A DNA stretch of 63,976 bases, counting the filler, from Octopus bimaculoides (taxonomy: Eukaryota), in assembly GCF_001194135.2 (NCBI RefSeq). It is 5 parts of 5 records of this genome, joined end to end, with 100 filler letters (N's around TTAATTAATTAA, not from the genome) between each part and the next. Parts side by side here need not be neighbours in the genome. Positions count along the whole stretch, not along the records: positions 13,168 to 32,388 come from NC_068989.1; 4 more parts are not named here. One strand, written 5' to 3'. Both the position numbers and the translations under genes were made by a program. Under the pieces are notes generated by a model. The model searched no databases. It saw only the letters and a program-made list of their open reading frames with translations, and had not been told where the DNA came from. Positions 14,057-28,260 of the stretch are shown here, piece after piece. Position 1 is the first letter of the stretch, and the number at the start of each line of letters is the position of its first letter.

Positions 14057-14959
14057 ACATTCTTAAGTGAAAATTGAAATCTCGTTGCGGTATCAAAACT
14101 CCTATGAAATAGTAGTGAAAGTTCCATTGAAATCCATCCTACACATTCCATGATGTAGACATGTACGAAAGACAGAACCGTTACGGCTGTAATATTGTAT
14201 ATCGTAAAGTTGTTTGTTCAGGGTTGATCTGTCGCTAAACAATGCAATGACCACCGCACTAATAGAACTGGAATTGGTCAAAAGATCTGACGCACAATGA
14301 AGTTCTATCTTAGAATCTTGAATATTAATTTAATTTACATTTTCTGGAATTAGACATGACATTTTGCTCTAAATTATTAAGCACGTTCATCTCACAACTG
14401 AACTGATGCATAATCTTTAATTAGTTCTCCAGGTGGCTCATGTTTCTTGCGTATGTATAAAGTTTGAAATCATTATATAGAAAAGTAATATAATTTTTCT
14501 ACACCTTTTTAAACTCTTGTATGTTTGAAACTTCCGCTTTGTTTCTTCCTCTTCGTCATCGTCTTCATAATATAATTCTCATTGATGCCCTATCAGAACT
14601 ATTAAATCGGCAGTTGTGTCATTTTACGCTCTGTGTTCGAATCTCGCTAAAGTCGTCTCTGCTTTTCATGTTAACATTTGATAAAATAAAACACTAGTTA
14701 GACACTAGCTTTAACTGTACTGATTAACTGCCTCCCTCGAAGACTGGTGGTCTTGAGGCTCAATGATGATGTTGATGATGATGATGCCGACGACGATGAC
14801 GAATACGATGATGATGATGTTGATAAATATCCTGATACACTACCAAGTAGTGGTTCTTATGGCATTTAATAAGGTCTTCTCTTCGTATAAAAGATGGTCT
14901 ACCTCAAATATTCTGCTTAGCACCAGAGATTTGCTTGTCAGTTTCTTGACCTTAAGAAG

Positions 14960-15480
14960 TTGGGCATCTCCGTTAGTGGCCGACAGTATGTGCATGACTC
15001 ATCACGTGCAGCAGTAGTGGGGAGGCGTCAGAGCCATGTATTGAGAGGAATTCTTTGGAGCTTGAATAATTCACTCCTATAAACATGGGTCCTTCATTCA
15101 AAATCGTTAGACACTCCTGCACGCTACGACAGTCACAAACATGCACCTGCACCACCTCCAAACCTAGCCTGTAACTCCAATACCCTACCAGTTGCCCTCT
15201 AGAAGAATCCACTCTCTCAGAGGCTGTAGTATACGCAGTTACCTTTACACCATCCGATGGCATCACATTGCATTATACGGGCATGACGGCCAATGATTTC
15301 AACGGAAAGTACACAGAGTATACCCATCTTTAGTCTCCTTTCCTCTGGAGGCTCCACGACCGCCGGAATGAAGCACTCAACATCGAATCGACCATCGTTG
15401 ACAGGGTCACCCGGCACCCGAAATTGAATTATGTTAAATGCAAGTAAATCCTTAAAGGGTCTCTATTATCATCTAGGATG
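14960..15480 (+). mobile_element. Penelope-like element remnant: Cys linker plus GIY-YIG endonuclease
   Basis: From 15193 in one frame: CPLEESTLSEAVVYAVTFTPSDGITLHYTGMTANDFNGKYTEYTHL*SPFLWRLHDRRNEALNIESTIVDRVTRHPKLNYVKCK*. This fits the CPL...VVY...YxGxT...F...Y..H...YIW.L...I.W.I pattern of PLE GIY-YIG domains; a CN(C)-like remnant sits at 15170. Confidence 0.75.
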
Positions 15481-18129
15481 ATACACTGATGGCATTTTTA
15501 CCTCATACTGACTCTGTTGAACATGACAAATTTTCATTCTGCCAGTCGGCTGATTGCAAAACCAGTGGATATTGCCTTAACATATGGTTGTCATTGAGTA
15601 CTTGCACCTCAAAGCGCAAAAAGGCCCAAACTCGAATCCGGCACTCTCACCACCGCTGTTGGAAGGTTTTTGTTTGCTATAGATATACTAGTACTTTAAA
15701 ACTCGGTAAGTCCTTAAGAAATTATGTATATTTCTCTAGAAATAAGAAATAATGTATAAGAAATAATGCCACTGTGACGACTTTTACTCAATAGATTTAC
15801 ATGATGCATGACACACAGATAACCATTTCAATCTAATACCGGATATTCAGCCGGTGGGACAATTGCAGTACCAGAGGTTTTCCAATCACAGTTATCTAGC
15901 ACCAGAATCGACGATGATGTCTTAGCATGCGGTTGGTAGTGTATAGAAGCAGAAATGCGCATCTAGAAACTTCACAGCCACCAATGGTTGATTTTCGACC
16001 GTTATCGATATATATGTTTCTGTAATATTGAGTATCTATAAGAAACATTATCTCAGGATTTATACCGCAAGTAAATGGCCATTTTGATTATGTATTTACA
16101 TTAGCTATGTTACGCATGTAGCTAATATATTCTAATACATATTTCATATAACGGATTTATTTGCCTAAGAATTCGGTTGCCTGTGAATGCTTTATTCAGA
16201 TGATACTGAAGGAAGCAGAAATCTAGATTTAACAATTTAACACCACCACCACTTCTGGATAGTTTTCCTCTTCTACTAATGAACGTCTGTGACTTTTAGC
16301 ACTATACTTCCCTACGAGAAATTGTCTCGGGAAGAATACCGCAGCTTTAAGTCTTCCTACACTGTATCCATGTTAAGTATATTTACAGAATACTATTTTG
16401 AACTGATACTGCTTCCATCGTTAATATCAAACACACGTACACGCACACAGAAAGCACATATATGAACATTTAAAAAAAAAATTCTATATATCACCCTTGG
16501 GCCCCCTCCCGCAAACAAGATTATCCTTATTACATTTATTTTTGATATGACCATCATCATAATTGTAATTGTTAAAACCATTATTGCTGTCATTATTAAA
16601 ATAACAACCATTTATTTTCTCATCAGCAACTCCATCATCATCATCAACATCATTATCATCATCTCCTTCATCATCATCATCATCCTTCGTTTTTTTTTAC
16701 GCATTACTGTTTAGATTTGTTTGTTTACAATAACGAGACCCACACAATAGCCGAGACAATTTATCACCGTAATAATGTGTTAGTTAACTTTATTTAACCG
16801 GCGCCATATAACGAATATAATTCTTTCTAATTGTACATCTCCAGATCTGATATTTTTAGAGGGGTTTCTTTCCACCACAAAATATTTTTGTCTGTATCCG
16901 GCCATTGTTGGACTTCCTCATTAATGAATACAATAAAAACAAAAAAAAGACAACAACAACAACAACAACAACAAAACAAGAACATACTCTACAAAAATAA
17001 AATACAAACACAAAAGACAAAGGGAAATCAAATATACTAATCAATATTAACAATCGAAGCTTGGGACATATTATCAATCAGAACAATACTTCATATTGCA
17101 TTCTTATGATTTATAAAAGAATGTTTGGAAACTGTTTTCGCTGTTGCTTTCTTTTTATAAAAAAACGTTTTTGTTTTTTTTCTATGTATTTTCGTATTTG
17201 ATTGTTGCATTCGATTTGTATTTTGTTGGTGTTGTATTGTTGCGGTCCTTGTTGTTGTTATTGTTGTTCATGTTGCACTATATTTATTTAATTTTTTAAT
17301 ATTATTATTTTCGTCGCCGTCATCATCATCAACATCGTTATCATCATCATCACAGTCAACCTCAGTAGTAGTAGTAGTAGTATCAGGCTTAATAAACATA
17401 GCTATAGTAGTTATGTTTTTATTCTAAATATTTGTTTTGTATTATTGTATTATTTATTTATTTATTTGGCATGGTAATGATTTCTAACTAATTGTAAATA
17501 TTTAATAATAACAACAGCAATTGCAACGACGCCAACAACAACAACGACAACAACAACTGCAGCAAATTAGTTTTTTTATTGGTCATACAATACAAAACGT
17601 CACAGAAAAGGGGCTGCAAAATAATGATCATAAGCAGGATCTCATTCATTCATATATGTTTGAGTGTAAAAATACGCAAAGTTATACTTAAAAAACTCCC
17701 TCTTAATTTCTGTCTGTCTGTCTCACTTTCTCTATCTTTCAACTACATCATGCATATATATATATATAATCGTGGACGCAACAAATACATAATATATCTT
17801 AAACCTTCTTAAGAATCGGTACAGCCCCAAAACAAATATATAAAATTTAAGGGCCACCAGTCAATAATAAAGTAATAAATCTTCACATTCGGAGGATCAG
17901 GTTTTTGTCAGAATGCAGACTACGTCTTGTTCTGATCACTTTCAAAAGCCTGGGTGCTTTAAAATTGCTTTTGCATGTTTTTGGTTCCGTTCACAACACC
18001 GTGAATGGCAGAACCAACACAACACAATGTTCCTTCAGACGCTGACTACGAGGAAGCGTTTTTTGTAGTGTTTATTAATTATCAGATGCTTGTTACGTGT
18101 TTCAATTTCTCATGCTCAAACAAGGCTCA

Positions 18130-18735
18130 CATTTGATTTCTCAGCAGAAAATGTCACCATGTGCTAGTTCAGACTTCTCCTTGTGCATAGCAGTAACATA
18201 CTCTCTCTGCATGGTTAACCACTTCTTAATGTGCTTATAGAAACTTTTCTTTGCCTTTTCCCTAATTTCACTCATTTTCTTTATCATCATTTTTATTTTA
18301 CAATCGCCAACATATTCCTACTACTTTTTCTGGATGTTCATTTTCTAATTATTGACCCAAGATGTCTGCCTGGAATTGCTATTGTCTCCAGTTAAACTTT
18401 TGTTCTGTTAGTTCATTTCGCGGCTTCTGTCCTCATCGTACGGCAATAGAGCAAGTGAAACCGAGAATAAACGCATTTTGTTTTTCACTCGAGCTATTAT
18501 CAGGATTTTCATCAATTTTCTGCAAACATTGATATTAGTAGAAATGCACCTGTTACAAAAGTAATTTCCACTCTGTTGCTCTCTGTCATATTTCATGTCA
18601 TTCTCTACATAATTTCTACTTCATCTAAGCAGAAGAACCACATGTGCGATTTACTAAGTAAATTTGTTCTCCAACATGATGCATTGGTGCTACCAAGGCA
18701 TACCCGTCCTACCACAGCAAGAACTACGAAACACA
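18130..18735 (-). mobile_element. Heavily degraded RTE-like LINE segment (endonuclease/linker region)
   Basis: Only weak motif remnants (DEVE, GDIF.AE), with many stops and frameshifts. Confidence 0.35.
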
Positions 18736-18739
18736 ACTG

Positions 18740-18990
18740 ACTTTTCAATGACAGTTTCTTAGCTGCATTCTGATATACAAGTGTGATGTAGTTACTACGA
18801 GGAGGAAGGAAGAGCGATTGGATACCACACAAAGGGCCATAAAATGATCCATGCAAGGAATATCATTGGGAGAACATACTAGGAGTGAGATAATTTGAAA
18901 ACAAATAAGAGAGAACGATCATAAAATACCGAAAACAGTAACTCCGCTGGGTCGGGCATGTCGCAGGATTCACAGTCGACAGAGAAAAGT
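18740..18990 (+). mobile_element. RTE-clade LINE C-terminal remnant
   Basis: With frameshifts: YTS...TTRRKEERLDTTQRAIK*SMQGISLGEHTRSEII...LRWVGHVAGF, matching the RTE thumb/C-terminal pattern (TQRAMERSMLG...LRWAGHVAR). Confidence 0.75.
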
Positions 18991-19169
18991 AGCGTGACAA
19001 AATATAAGCAAAAATATTATTAAAAGATTGAAATGTATATTTATTGCAATTTAAATTGTTACCAAAAGACTGTTTCAAAAAGTGGATTCCATTCATATGC
19101 AATACAAGTGTCATATTAATCGATTAAAACACAGTGATATTTGCAGATCATACATACCTTGTAAGAAAC

Positions 19170-19178
19170 AGAAAGAAA

Positions 19179-19253
<75 letters not shown>

Positions 19254-19373
19254 GATATATGTATATATGCATATGCTCACATATCATTTGTATTATTATT
19301 ATTATATATATATATATCTATATATCTATGCGTGTTTGTGTGTGTATAGACGTGTATATATATATATGCATAT

Positions 19374-19420
<47 letters not shown>

Positions 19421-19460
19421 CATACATATATGTATATATATATGTATATATATGTATAAG
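19170..19460. repeat. (TA)n-rich compound microsatellite
   Basis: Read directly from the sequence. Confidence 0.95.
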
Positions 19461-21319
19461 TATATATTATAAATGTATAATTATATGTGTGTATGTAACG
19501 TATTTATGTATTTACAATTTACAACCACACACACACGCTCGTATATAAGATTATGCGATATCTTTTACATTTGAATTTTGCTGGAAAATGATAGCATGGT
19601 TCTTTATATAATGGGATCACCATTTAAAGATATTGCGTTTGAAAGCATCAATATAATAATGAACCTCTCGGTTAAAAGATGTTCCATCAAGAGATAAGAT
19701 ATATATATATACGAATATATTTATCTAATAATGAATATAAGTCCTTCTTCTGTAAATTAAGTGATTTCATTGTCATATAATTAAGAGACACTGAAAAAAT
19801 CCAACGAGATCGAAATAACAGCTGTATACAAATATTGAAGATTTTAAAGTTTACAGAAACAGGAAGAGAAATTCAATTAAATACACACATAAAACATAAC
19901 GAAACGTGATTTTTCAAGAAACTCCTTCCATTGTCTCTGGAAAAGAAATGTATATGGAATCATGATAGAGCTTTCATTGATACAAACAGTTCGAACCGAT
20001 GACTGCCAAATTCCGATTTGCATGATACAGGTCATGAGTGCATGGGAATGAGTATATCACTGGCCACACATGTACAAAGGAGTGTATGTATAAAACGTGA
20101 GTTGGAATCGCTGAAGTTAAACTTTTATTTCCGACAGCAGAAATGAAGAACATCCAACAAAATGGCTGCAAAAACATCTGCATTAGTCATTTACGTATGA
20201 CAGAAACTTCACTGAGATTGTTCTTAGCAATATCTCAATCGGTATGTAAATTTCTCTCTGCCTGTTTCTCTCTCTCACTCTCCACTTTACAACAAACGAA
20301 ATGTGATCGATATAAAGGAAATATTTTTCTTCTAGTGAAATGCTTTCATTTTTTTACTTTCACTAACCCCATATATTGTAAATAATAGACAAATGGGACC
20401 TTATTCGCTCGATATTGAAGAAACCCAAACAGATCGAAATAGCAGAAACGGAAAAAGAAGATTTAATTAAATGATTGCATAACGATAATGTATTTTAGTA
20501 CTTTCACCTCACTTAAAATTCGATTCCCCGCAAACGGACTCTTTCCCTTGTTTTCGTATATGCTTGCATTCTTATATATATATATATATATATAACATGC
20601 AGGTACACACACACACAGATACACACACACACGCGCGCACATGCATTCATATTGATTATTGCTTTTTTTTATATCAAGTAATATACAAGAAGAATTTAAT
20701 TTTATACTGAAGGAATTACACTCTAATTCTTGGTAAAGTGCATATTATACAAGGAGAAACTTCACTGTAACTTTGAAGATTCGACTCATTCGCTTGCATT
20801 AGAACTATAACGAACTAAATATAAGCATGTGTGTGTTCGCATATATTACACACAAACATTATGTCGAGGATTGGTAAGGCAAGATCGGTAGAACGTCCCA
20901 AGAATGTAAAGAAACAGAATGAGAAGAAACGCCGCATGGCGATATTTCTTCTCGTTCTTTACATTCCCTGTTCAAATGCCACCAGTCAATTTTGGCTTTT
21001 ACACCTTCGACCTCGAGAGAATAAGGAACCATTGAAGTACCTACGGAGATATGATCAATAGTACTCTTCCAACAGATATAATGGCCACCCTAAATTATGA
21101 ATGTTATGTCACATACTGGGGATATGTCAGTACAGGGAAGGACAAAATTCTAGTAGTAGTTGTAGTAGTAGTAACAGTAGTAGTAACATCATGTTCGTAG
21201 TTGTTTCGAATGTAGTTAGGTTGGTAAGTTGAGGGAGACGGTGGGCGTGTTTCTCTCGATGACGGCAACATCGATGATGAAGATCATGACGGTGATGAGA
21301 TGAACGAAGGCGATTATGT

Positions 21320-21740
21320 CGCAAGCGTGACTGTGTGGTAGAAAGTTTGCTCCCAACCACATAGTTCTGCGTTCAATCCTACTGCATTATAGTTTGGGCA
21401 ATTATTCTATTGTAGCTTCAGACCGACCCAGAACTTGTAAGTGTATTTGGTAGACGGAAACTGAAAGAAGCCCCTTGTATATATGTACGTGTGAATGTGT
21501 GTGCGCGTATGTTTGTGTCTTTGTGTCTGTGTTTGTTCCCTCACCACCACCGCCACCGTTTAACACATGGTGTTGCTGGGTTTACATCCCTGTAGTTCAG
21601 CGTTTCGGCCAATGACCAAGAGAGCAAGTCCCAGGCTTTTCAAAACATAATAATAAGCACTGGGGTCGATCCGATCGACTAAACTTCTTCAAGGTGGTGT
21701 CCCAGCATGGCCGCAGTCTAATAATTGAAACAAGTGAGTA
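21320..21740 (+). mobile_element. SINE family A, full length, diverged
   Basis: gtgactgtgtggtagaaagtttgctcccaaccacatagttctgcgttcaatcc...ggtagacggaaactgaaagaagccc...cagcatggccgcagtct. Confidence 0.85.
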
Positions 21741-21744
21741 GAAG

Positions 21745-22560
21745 ATAACGGCGATGATAATGATGATGTTACTGCCATTGATGATGATGATGATGAAAAC
21801 ATTAACGATGATGTTGAAGATGATGACAATCTAGACGATGGCAACTAATACCACGACGACGACGACGATGATGATGATGACGGTGACGGTGACGGCGACG
21901 ATTGATAACGATAGCGATTCAATGTGTTGCCACTATTTCCAATTCCTATTTACGGAATCCTTCGCATTTGTCTGTTATATAAAAATAGTTATCGTCCATA
22001 TTTTCTCTTGTTGATAACGTTTCTATTGTTCTTTAGGTTGTCATTGATTTTCATGCTGCTGTTGCTGTTGTTGTTGTTCTTGTTCTCTTACTTCTTCGTC
22101 TTTATTCCTTTTCTTCTTTTTTTTATTTTTCATCTTCGAATTCTTCTTCTCTTCGCTCTAAAAACATTCATAGATTTTTTTGTTTGAACATGTTATGCAT
22201 TTTGGTCAGAGGCTATAATAAAAGCAATTGTTGTTGACAATTATCAAAAGAACCAACATCATCGAAGTTATTACCGCCACCACTACCACCACCATCACCA
22301 CCACCACATCATCATCATCATCGTCATCATCGTCGTAATCTTCATCATCACCACCATCATCACCATCATAATCACCATCATCATCATAATCACCATCATC
22401 ATCATCATCACCATCATCATCATCAGCGCCAGCAGCACCAACAGCAGTGTTTTCGATGTCTTTGTCCTCATCGTAGCCATTATCATCAACTCCAGCGGTA
22501 CCATCACCGTAATTATCATCTTAGGAATAATAATAATAATAATAATAATGAAAATGATAA
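21745..22560. repeat. Degenerate (GAT)n/(GAC)n, (TTG/TTC)n and (CAT/CAC)n trinucleotide tracts
   Basis: Read directly from the sequence. Confidence 0.85.
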
Positions 22561-23019
22561 TGTTTATCCTCATCACTGTCTCCCTAATCAATATTGAAAA
22601 ACAATTGAGGAAAACAACAAATGTAAAAATAATATAAGCAAAATATAAAAAATTAAAATAAAATAAAAGCAAATGTATTTTTTGTGAATGAAAGAAGCAT
22701 GAATCGTATTAAAATAGATAATATCAACAAGTACAAATATAGAAACAACAGCAACAAGAACTACACCAAACCATAATGAAGTGTATAATATCGGTGGTAA
22801 TTAGAAAATCAATAGAAAATCAATAGAAAGAATGGAAAAAAAGAAAAAGAACCAACGAAAACGTTATTATCAATAAAGACAATAAAATCGGGGAAAAAAC
22901 TTATGGCGAAACAGAAGCAGACAACAACTGCAGCAGCAACAACGATGGGACTAAAGTATTACCAAAAATAAGAAAGAAAAAGAAATAGTGCACAATAACA
23001 GGAAGAACAAATATAATAC

Positions 23020-23880
23020 CAATAATGGTTTCAAATTTTGGCACAAGGCCGGCAATTACGGGGTAGAGGATAAGTCGATTACATTGACTCCAGTGATCAC
23101 CTGGCGCTTAATTTATTAATTCTGAAAGGATAAAAAGCAAAGTTGACCTCGGCGGAATTTGAACTCAGAACCTAGCGGCAAACGCGCCGGTGGGCTAACG
23201 GTTCTACCAGCTCACCACCTTGCGCCTTCATATAATATAATAATACCAACAATATCAACAACGATTGCTTCTATTCGGAACAGAAGGACTGAGGCTTTTG
23301 TGGGGAGGAGTGTAGTCGATTGTCGCGACCCCAATAATCAACTGGTACGTATTTTATCGACCCTGAAAACACGAAAGGAAAAGTCAGCCTTGGTGAAATT
23401 TATACTCACAATATAAAGACGGATGACACGCCGCCAAGCATTTCATCCGGCGTACCAACGATTCCATCAGCTCGCCGCCTTAATATAATGATTTTATATT
23501 TTGGTACAAGGCCTGGAATTTCGAAGGAAGGATGACATCGAGACCAGTACTCAACTGGTACATATTCTATCAACGCCGAAATGATAAAAGGCTAAGCAAA
23601 CCGCGGCAGAATTTGAACTGTAAATAGTGAGAAAGTTAAGACGGATAAAATGCAGCTAAGCGTTTTGTTCGGCATCTTTACGACTCCGTCAGCTTGCCGT
23701 CACCATAATGATGTTGAGGATTTCTAACATTAGCAAATGGTCATCAATTTCGGTTTATTGGCCGGTCAATACAAGTGGAAACTGAATGCTGCAGATGCGT
23801 TTAACTATCAGTGACTGATGAAAGGTAAAGTCAACTACAGCAGAGTTTGAGCTCAAAATATAAAGCATCGTAATTAAATA
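23020..23880 (-). mobile_element. Head-to-tail cluster of 3-4 family C SINEs
   Basis: Copies at about 23020-23228, 23270-23480, 23495-23705 and a degraded one at 23720-23880. Confidence 0.8.
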
Positions 23881-25789
23881 GTAGAAGGTCTTTTGAGTTA
23901 ATATCTATCGCGTTTGCTTTCCATCCGCTTTAGTAATAATAACTTACAATTGCACCAAATCTACTCTAAGAATAGATAAATTAATTAAAACCGAGATCAT
24001 TAAATTAGATCCAAACACAGAAATCAGGGAATTAAAGTAGGATACAAACTAGCCATCCCAATAATTATCTGCAGCACCGACGTAATAAATTTACAAGTGA
24101 ACAGGAGAGATTAGACAGGAAACTTTAGAAACTAGTGAAAGCGTTGAAGTACCGCAATCATAAAGCCGATACACATAAGATATATTTGTAAAATATATCT
24201 ACCACCACTGCTGAAGGAAGGCTGTGTTTGATGCAAATGTAGTGTTCTTTTAAATTAAATTCAGTGAGTCTGGAAAATACTTTGAAGCAAACGAACTGAA
24301 AGTGATTAGCATAATACGGGAAGATGGATGAAGTAACTAAAGTTTCTCGCTATTATATATGCTGAAATTACAATTGGGAACTTATTGAAAAGGAAAGAAA
24401 AAAGCATTTTATAAATCAGTAGAAAATATGAACAAATAAAACAAAATACAAAATAGAAATTTCTACTCCATGATGTACTGAGGAAAGTGTATGAAAGAGA
24501 ATCGTTTCGTGACCAACACGATTGAAAACTGGAAAGAGAGGAAGTTTTAAAGTCAACAAGAGTGCAATCCTCTTCAGTGGCTGCAAAAGAGATGCGTTTC
24601 ACAGTTCTCACAGTCCTCAGCCAGGAATCTCTGAGAAAGGCGTGGCTTACCAAATGATAAAGTTATCTTTCCGACAATATTGACACGATATCATGTAAAG
24701 AAGAAACCAAATGTGAATCAAACGAAAGACAACAAAATATGAGATACCCAGGGTTTTCAGAAGGATTGAAACACTAACAGATACATCAACTGAGAATCGA
24801 AACCGACTTAGACATTCCAGTTCTTGAATATGTTATAGCGTTAACCATTCAATAAAGCTAACTCGTGGGTAGACAACCTGCAAGAAGTAACAGCTAAATC
24901 TCTCTAAAATAATATCCTACAGTAGTCATGATATGGACACATGCGATGTGATCATAGATACGGCAGATGGGAGAAAAGAAACAAACAAAAATAATAGTTT
25001 ATAAATGACATACAATCATGATATGCTATAAAGTATATTAAAAGCTATTATAAGTCATTACCGTGTTCTATTGTGTTACCAAAGCCATTACAGCATTTCT
25101 TAAGGCTGTCTCTACAGATATTCAATAGAAATGAATAGCCAGCACTAATTTTTGTTACGATGTTTCTTATGAGAGACGTCAGTTGTGAACAAACACTGAA
25201 ATATTTCGGGAGGTTTTGCTCCTACGATGATAATGAACGGAATGCAATGCGACCATTGGTGTCATTTTGTCAGAACTAACTAAACACAACGTGCACATAC
25301 AAATGCTGATTAAAGATCCACCTGTACGGGTTCACTTCAGCTGCTAAAAAAAACAATGACATCCGATTAAAATCGCAGATAAGAATATGTTTTGCATGAG
25401 AAATGTTGTCTTACATAAAAGGCGTTGGTTATAGCTAGAAAGTCTTTGTTCAACTTTGCTGAGGTGACCTTGAGCAAAACGACAACAGCAATGTGAACAA
25501 CAAATGAGAAGTAATATGTATAAACATTTAGTTGAATGCAAGCCGAGGCGGGGCTGTTTAGTAAGAGATCTACCTCCGAAGCATACAACAGAGTTCCTGA
25601 TTTGGGGTAAAATAAAATACAGGAGGATCAGTTCATTATAATTTTATTCACCATATTCCGTTCTCAGATTCACACACTTATTGCAGCAGTTCTTCATCTT
25701 TATTTTAAGCCCTGTAAAATAATTCGGATGTTTGGGCCTCCAATTAGGCCTTTCGCGATACCTTCAAAACCAGGAACCTTTCAGCACTC

Positions 25790-25976
25790 CTTTAATGGTT
25801 TCGGCCTGTGTCCCACTGAATAGTAACTTTGGTGGGTATTATCTACTGCTACCCTGGGATGACTACACCATGTAGATGGATTTGATTGGCAAAAACTGAC
25901 TGAAAGACACCCACCGTACTCATAAACACACACATACATGCATATATATATGAGTGTATATATGTTTGTGTGTATT

Positions 25977-26022
<46 letters not shown>

Positions 26023-26075
26023 AATGGTGGTGCCCCAACATGGCCACAGCTCGTGGGCTGAAACTAGATATAAAT
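25790..26075 (+). mobile_element. SINE family A, diverged and internally deleted
   Basis: gtcccactg...atggatttgattggcaaaaactga...tggtggtgccccaacatggccacagctc. Confidence 0.6.
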
Positions 26076-26168
26076 ATATATACATATCTATAATGTCCTG
26101 TTTATTGTCGCTTTTGTGGTTGGTTCTACAATTTTTCCTCTTTCTGTTGTCGTTCTTTGTATTGCTGA

Positions 26169-26200
<32 letters not shown>

Positions 26201-26649
26201 CTGGTCTCTTATTTCTGGCGTTGCTGTGAATGTTTCTATAGTTTTAAAAGATCAATAAACTTACACGCGTTAAACCCAATCCAAAATTAATTCAAACGTT
26301 AGCCCCAAATCGAATCGATATTTTTATTGAAGTGACCTCCATCGTCAACATGCAAAACCAAAAGAAAGTAGTACCACCACTTTTCCACTAATACCACTAC
26401 TACCAGCACCGCCACCGATAAAAATGCTACACCGAATACCACCAATCAATAATACTACCATGAATACAACTACTACTACTACCAGCATCACAATCTGATA
26501 AAGTATTACTTGAATCTGTTGAAAAACTTGTTACTGCCATCACCGACACCGTCTCCACCCCACCCCACCCCCACACTGTGTCGGTGGCCGCCACTACCCT
26601 GACATCCACCAACAACACTTCGATAACTGACGTAACTTTTTGTCAGAGT

Positions 26650-27160
26650 TTCAAACCCTCTTCCTTTTCTCATTCCGCTTCCTTTTCTCGTTCCTCTTCA
26701 TTTTCTCATTCCCCTTCCTTCTCCATCTCCCTTCTCTTCCTCCTTCCCTTTCTTTTTCTTCCTTCTTCCTCCTTCTTCCGCCCCATCTTCCTTCTCTTCC
26801 TCTTACTCCTCCTCCACCTCCCCCTCCTCTTCCTCCTTCTCACCATACCTTCCTCCTCCTCCTCCTCTTCCTCCTTCTCACCATACCTTTCTCCTCCTTC
26901 ATCTCCTCCTCATCCCTGCCTCTCCTCCTCATCCCTACCCCTCCTCCTCCTCATCCCTCCATCTCCTCCTCCTCCCTACCTCTCCGCCTCCTCGTCCCTA
27001 CCTCTCCTCCTCATCCCTCTTTCTCCTCCTCATCCTAATCCCTCCATCCCCTCCACTTCATCCCTACCTCCGTCTCCTCCTCCTCATCCCTACCTCCGTC
27101 TCCTCTACCTCCTTTTCCCCTTCCTACTCTTTCTCTTTCTCCTCTTCCTCCTCTCTCTCA
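26650..27160. repeat. About 500 bp polypyrimidine (CCT/CTT) low-complexity tract
   Basis: Almost purine-free + strand with recurring ctcctcctcatccc units. Confidence 0.9.
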
Positions 27161-27869
27161 TCGTCATCCTAACCGTCGTTATCAACATCGCCTTAAACCT
27201 TTTAAAACTGTTATCATTTACGAAAGCAAACATCGACCCTATCGTCTATCATCGTATTTTGCTCGTTTTCAGGAGACCAAGATGCAGCGTGTAATTCATG
27301 TTAGTCTAACTTCAACAGTCCCAGATATTCTGTGGCTGATGGTGCTCAGGTACGCATTGAACCTGAAATATCTACAGACTGAACGGTGAGGTGTGATCAC
27401 CGACCCCGAGACACGATTACGTAAGACTCTTGTCATTGATAGGACACCTGACGTGGATCAAATGAGCTGAAAATTTCGATACCTGACGTCTGGTCTATTG
27501 TCAGGGGTTAACAGCTCTCTGTTTGTTAGTGAATGCCGCTTGTGATACGCAAAATTTCAATCAAGAGCGATGCCTTTCTCTGAAATATTGTGGGCGTTAA
27601 GAAGAGTCATCTTAACAGACAACATTGCAGATATCATCTGAACCGTGGCTGTCACCGTTTCACAGCAAGTCATTTGATGGACAAAACTCAAAGCGCTAAA
27701 GAGAGGCGCATTTCTTTTTAGTCTGTCTATCGATTTCTTCAAGTAATGTTTCCAGAGACAAATTAATGAGGAGTGGTGCTGTCTTTCACTAATTTCACTG
27801 AATACTTAGTTAAGTGTATGTGTAGAAAATTATTCTCTTGAGTGTAGGCCAAGGAAGAACACAACATGA

Positions 27870-28260
27870 CATGTCTTTTATCATTGACTTGCTTCAATCA
27901 TTAAACTGCAGCCATGCTGGAGCACCGCCTTGAAGAATTTTGGTTGAACGAATCGACCCCAGTATTTCTTTCTTTATGCATGGTAATTATTTCGTCAGTC
28001 ACTTTTACCGGACTGCTAAGTTACAGGAACGTAAACACACCAACACTTGTCAAGTAGTGGTGTGAGAGACAAGCACAGAGAAAAATTACACACACAAGGG
28101 GCTTCCGCCAGTTTCGTTCTACCAAATCAAAGCTCAAACGACTTGGCTGGCTCGAGGCTATAGTAGGAAACACTTGCACAAGTTGCCATGCATCGGAACT
28201 GAACTCGGAACCAAGTCGATGGGAAGGAAACGTCTTACCATACAACCTCACCTGCGTAGA
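27870..28260 (-). mobile_element. SINE family A, full length, diverged
   Basis: gacttgcttcaatcattaaactgcagccatgctggagcaccgcc...gaactgaactcggaacc. Confidence 0.85.

Noticed and set aside
15683-15705. 23-nt exon-like unit tttgtttgctatag|...ctcg|gtaagt (also 14433-14450)
   Set aside because: Two of three frames are closed in the 15683 unit, there is no linkable partner exon, and such pairs are expected by chance.
23814-23835. gactgatgaaaggtaaagtc as a hammerhead core
   Set aside because: It is a mutated family C SINE segment (ggatgaaaggcaaagtc).
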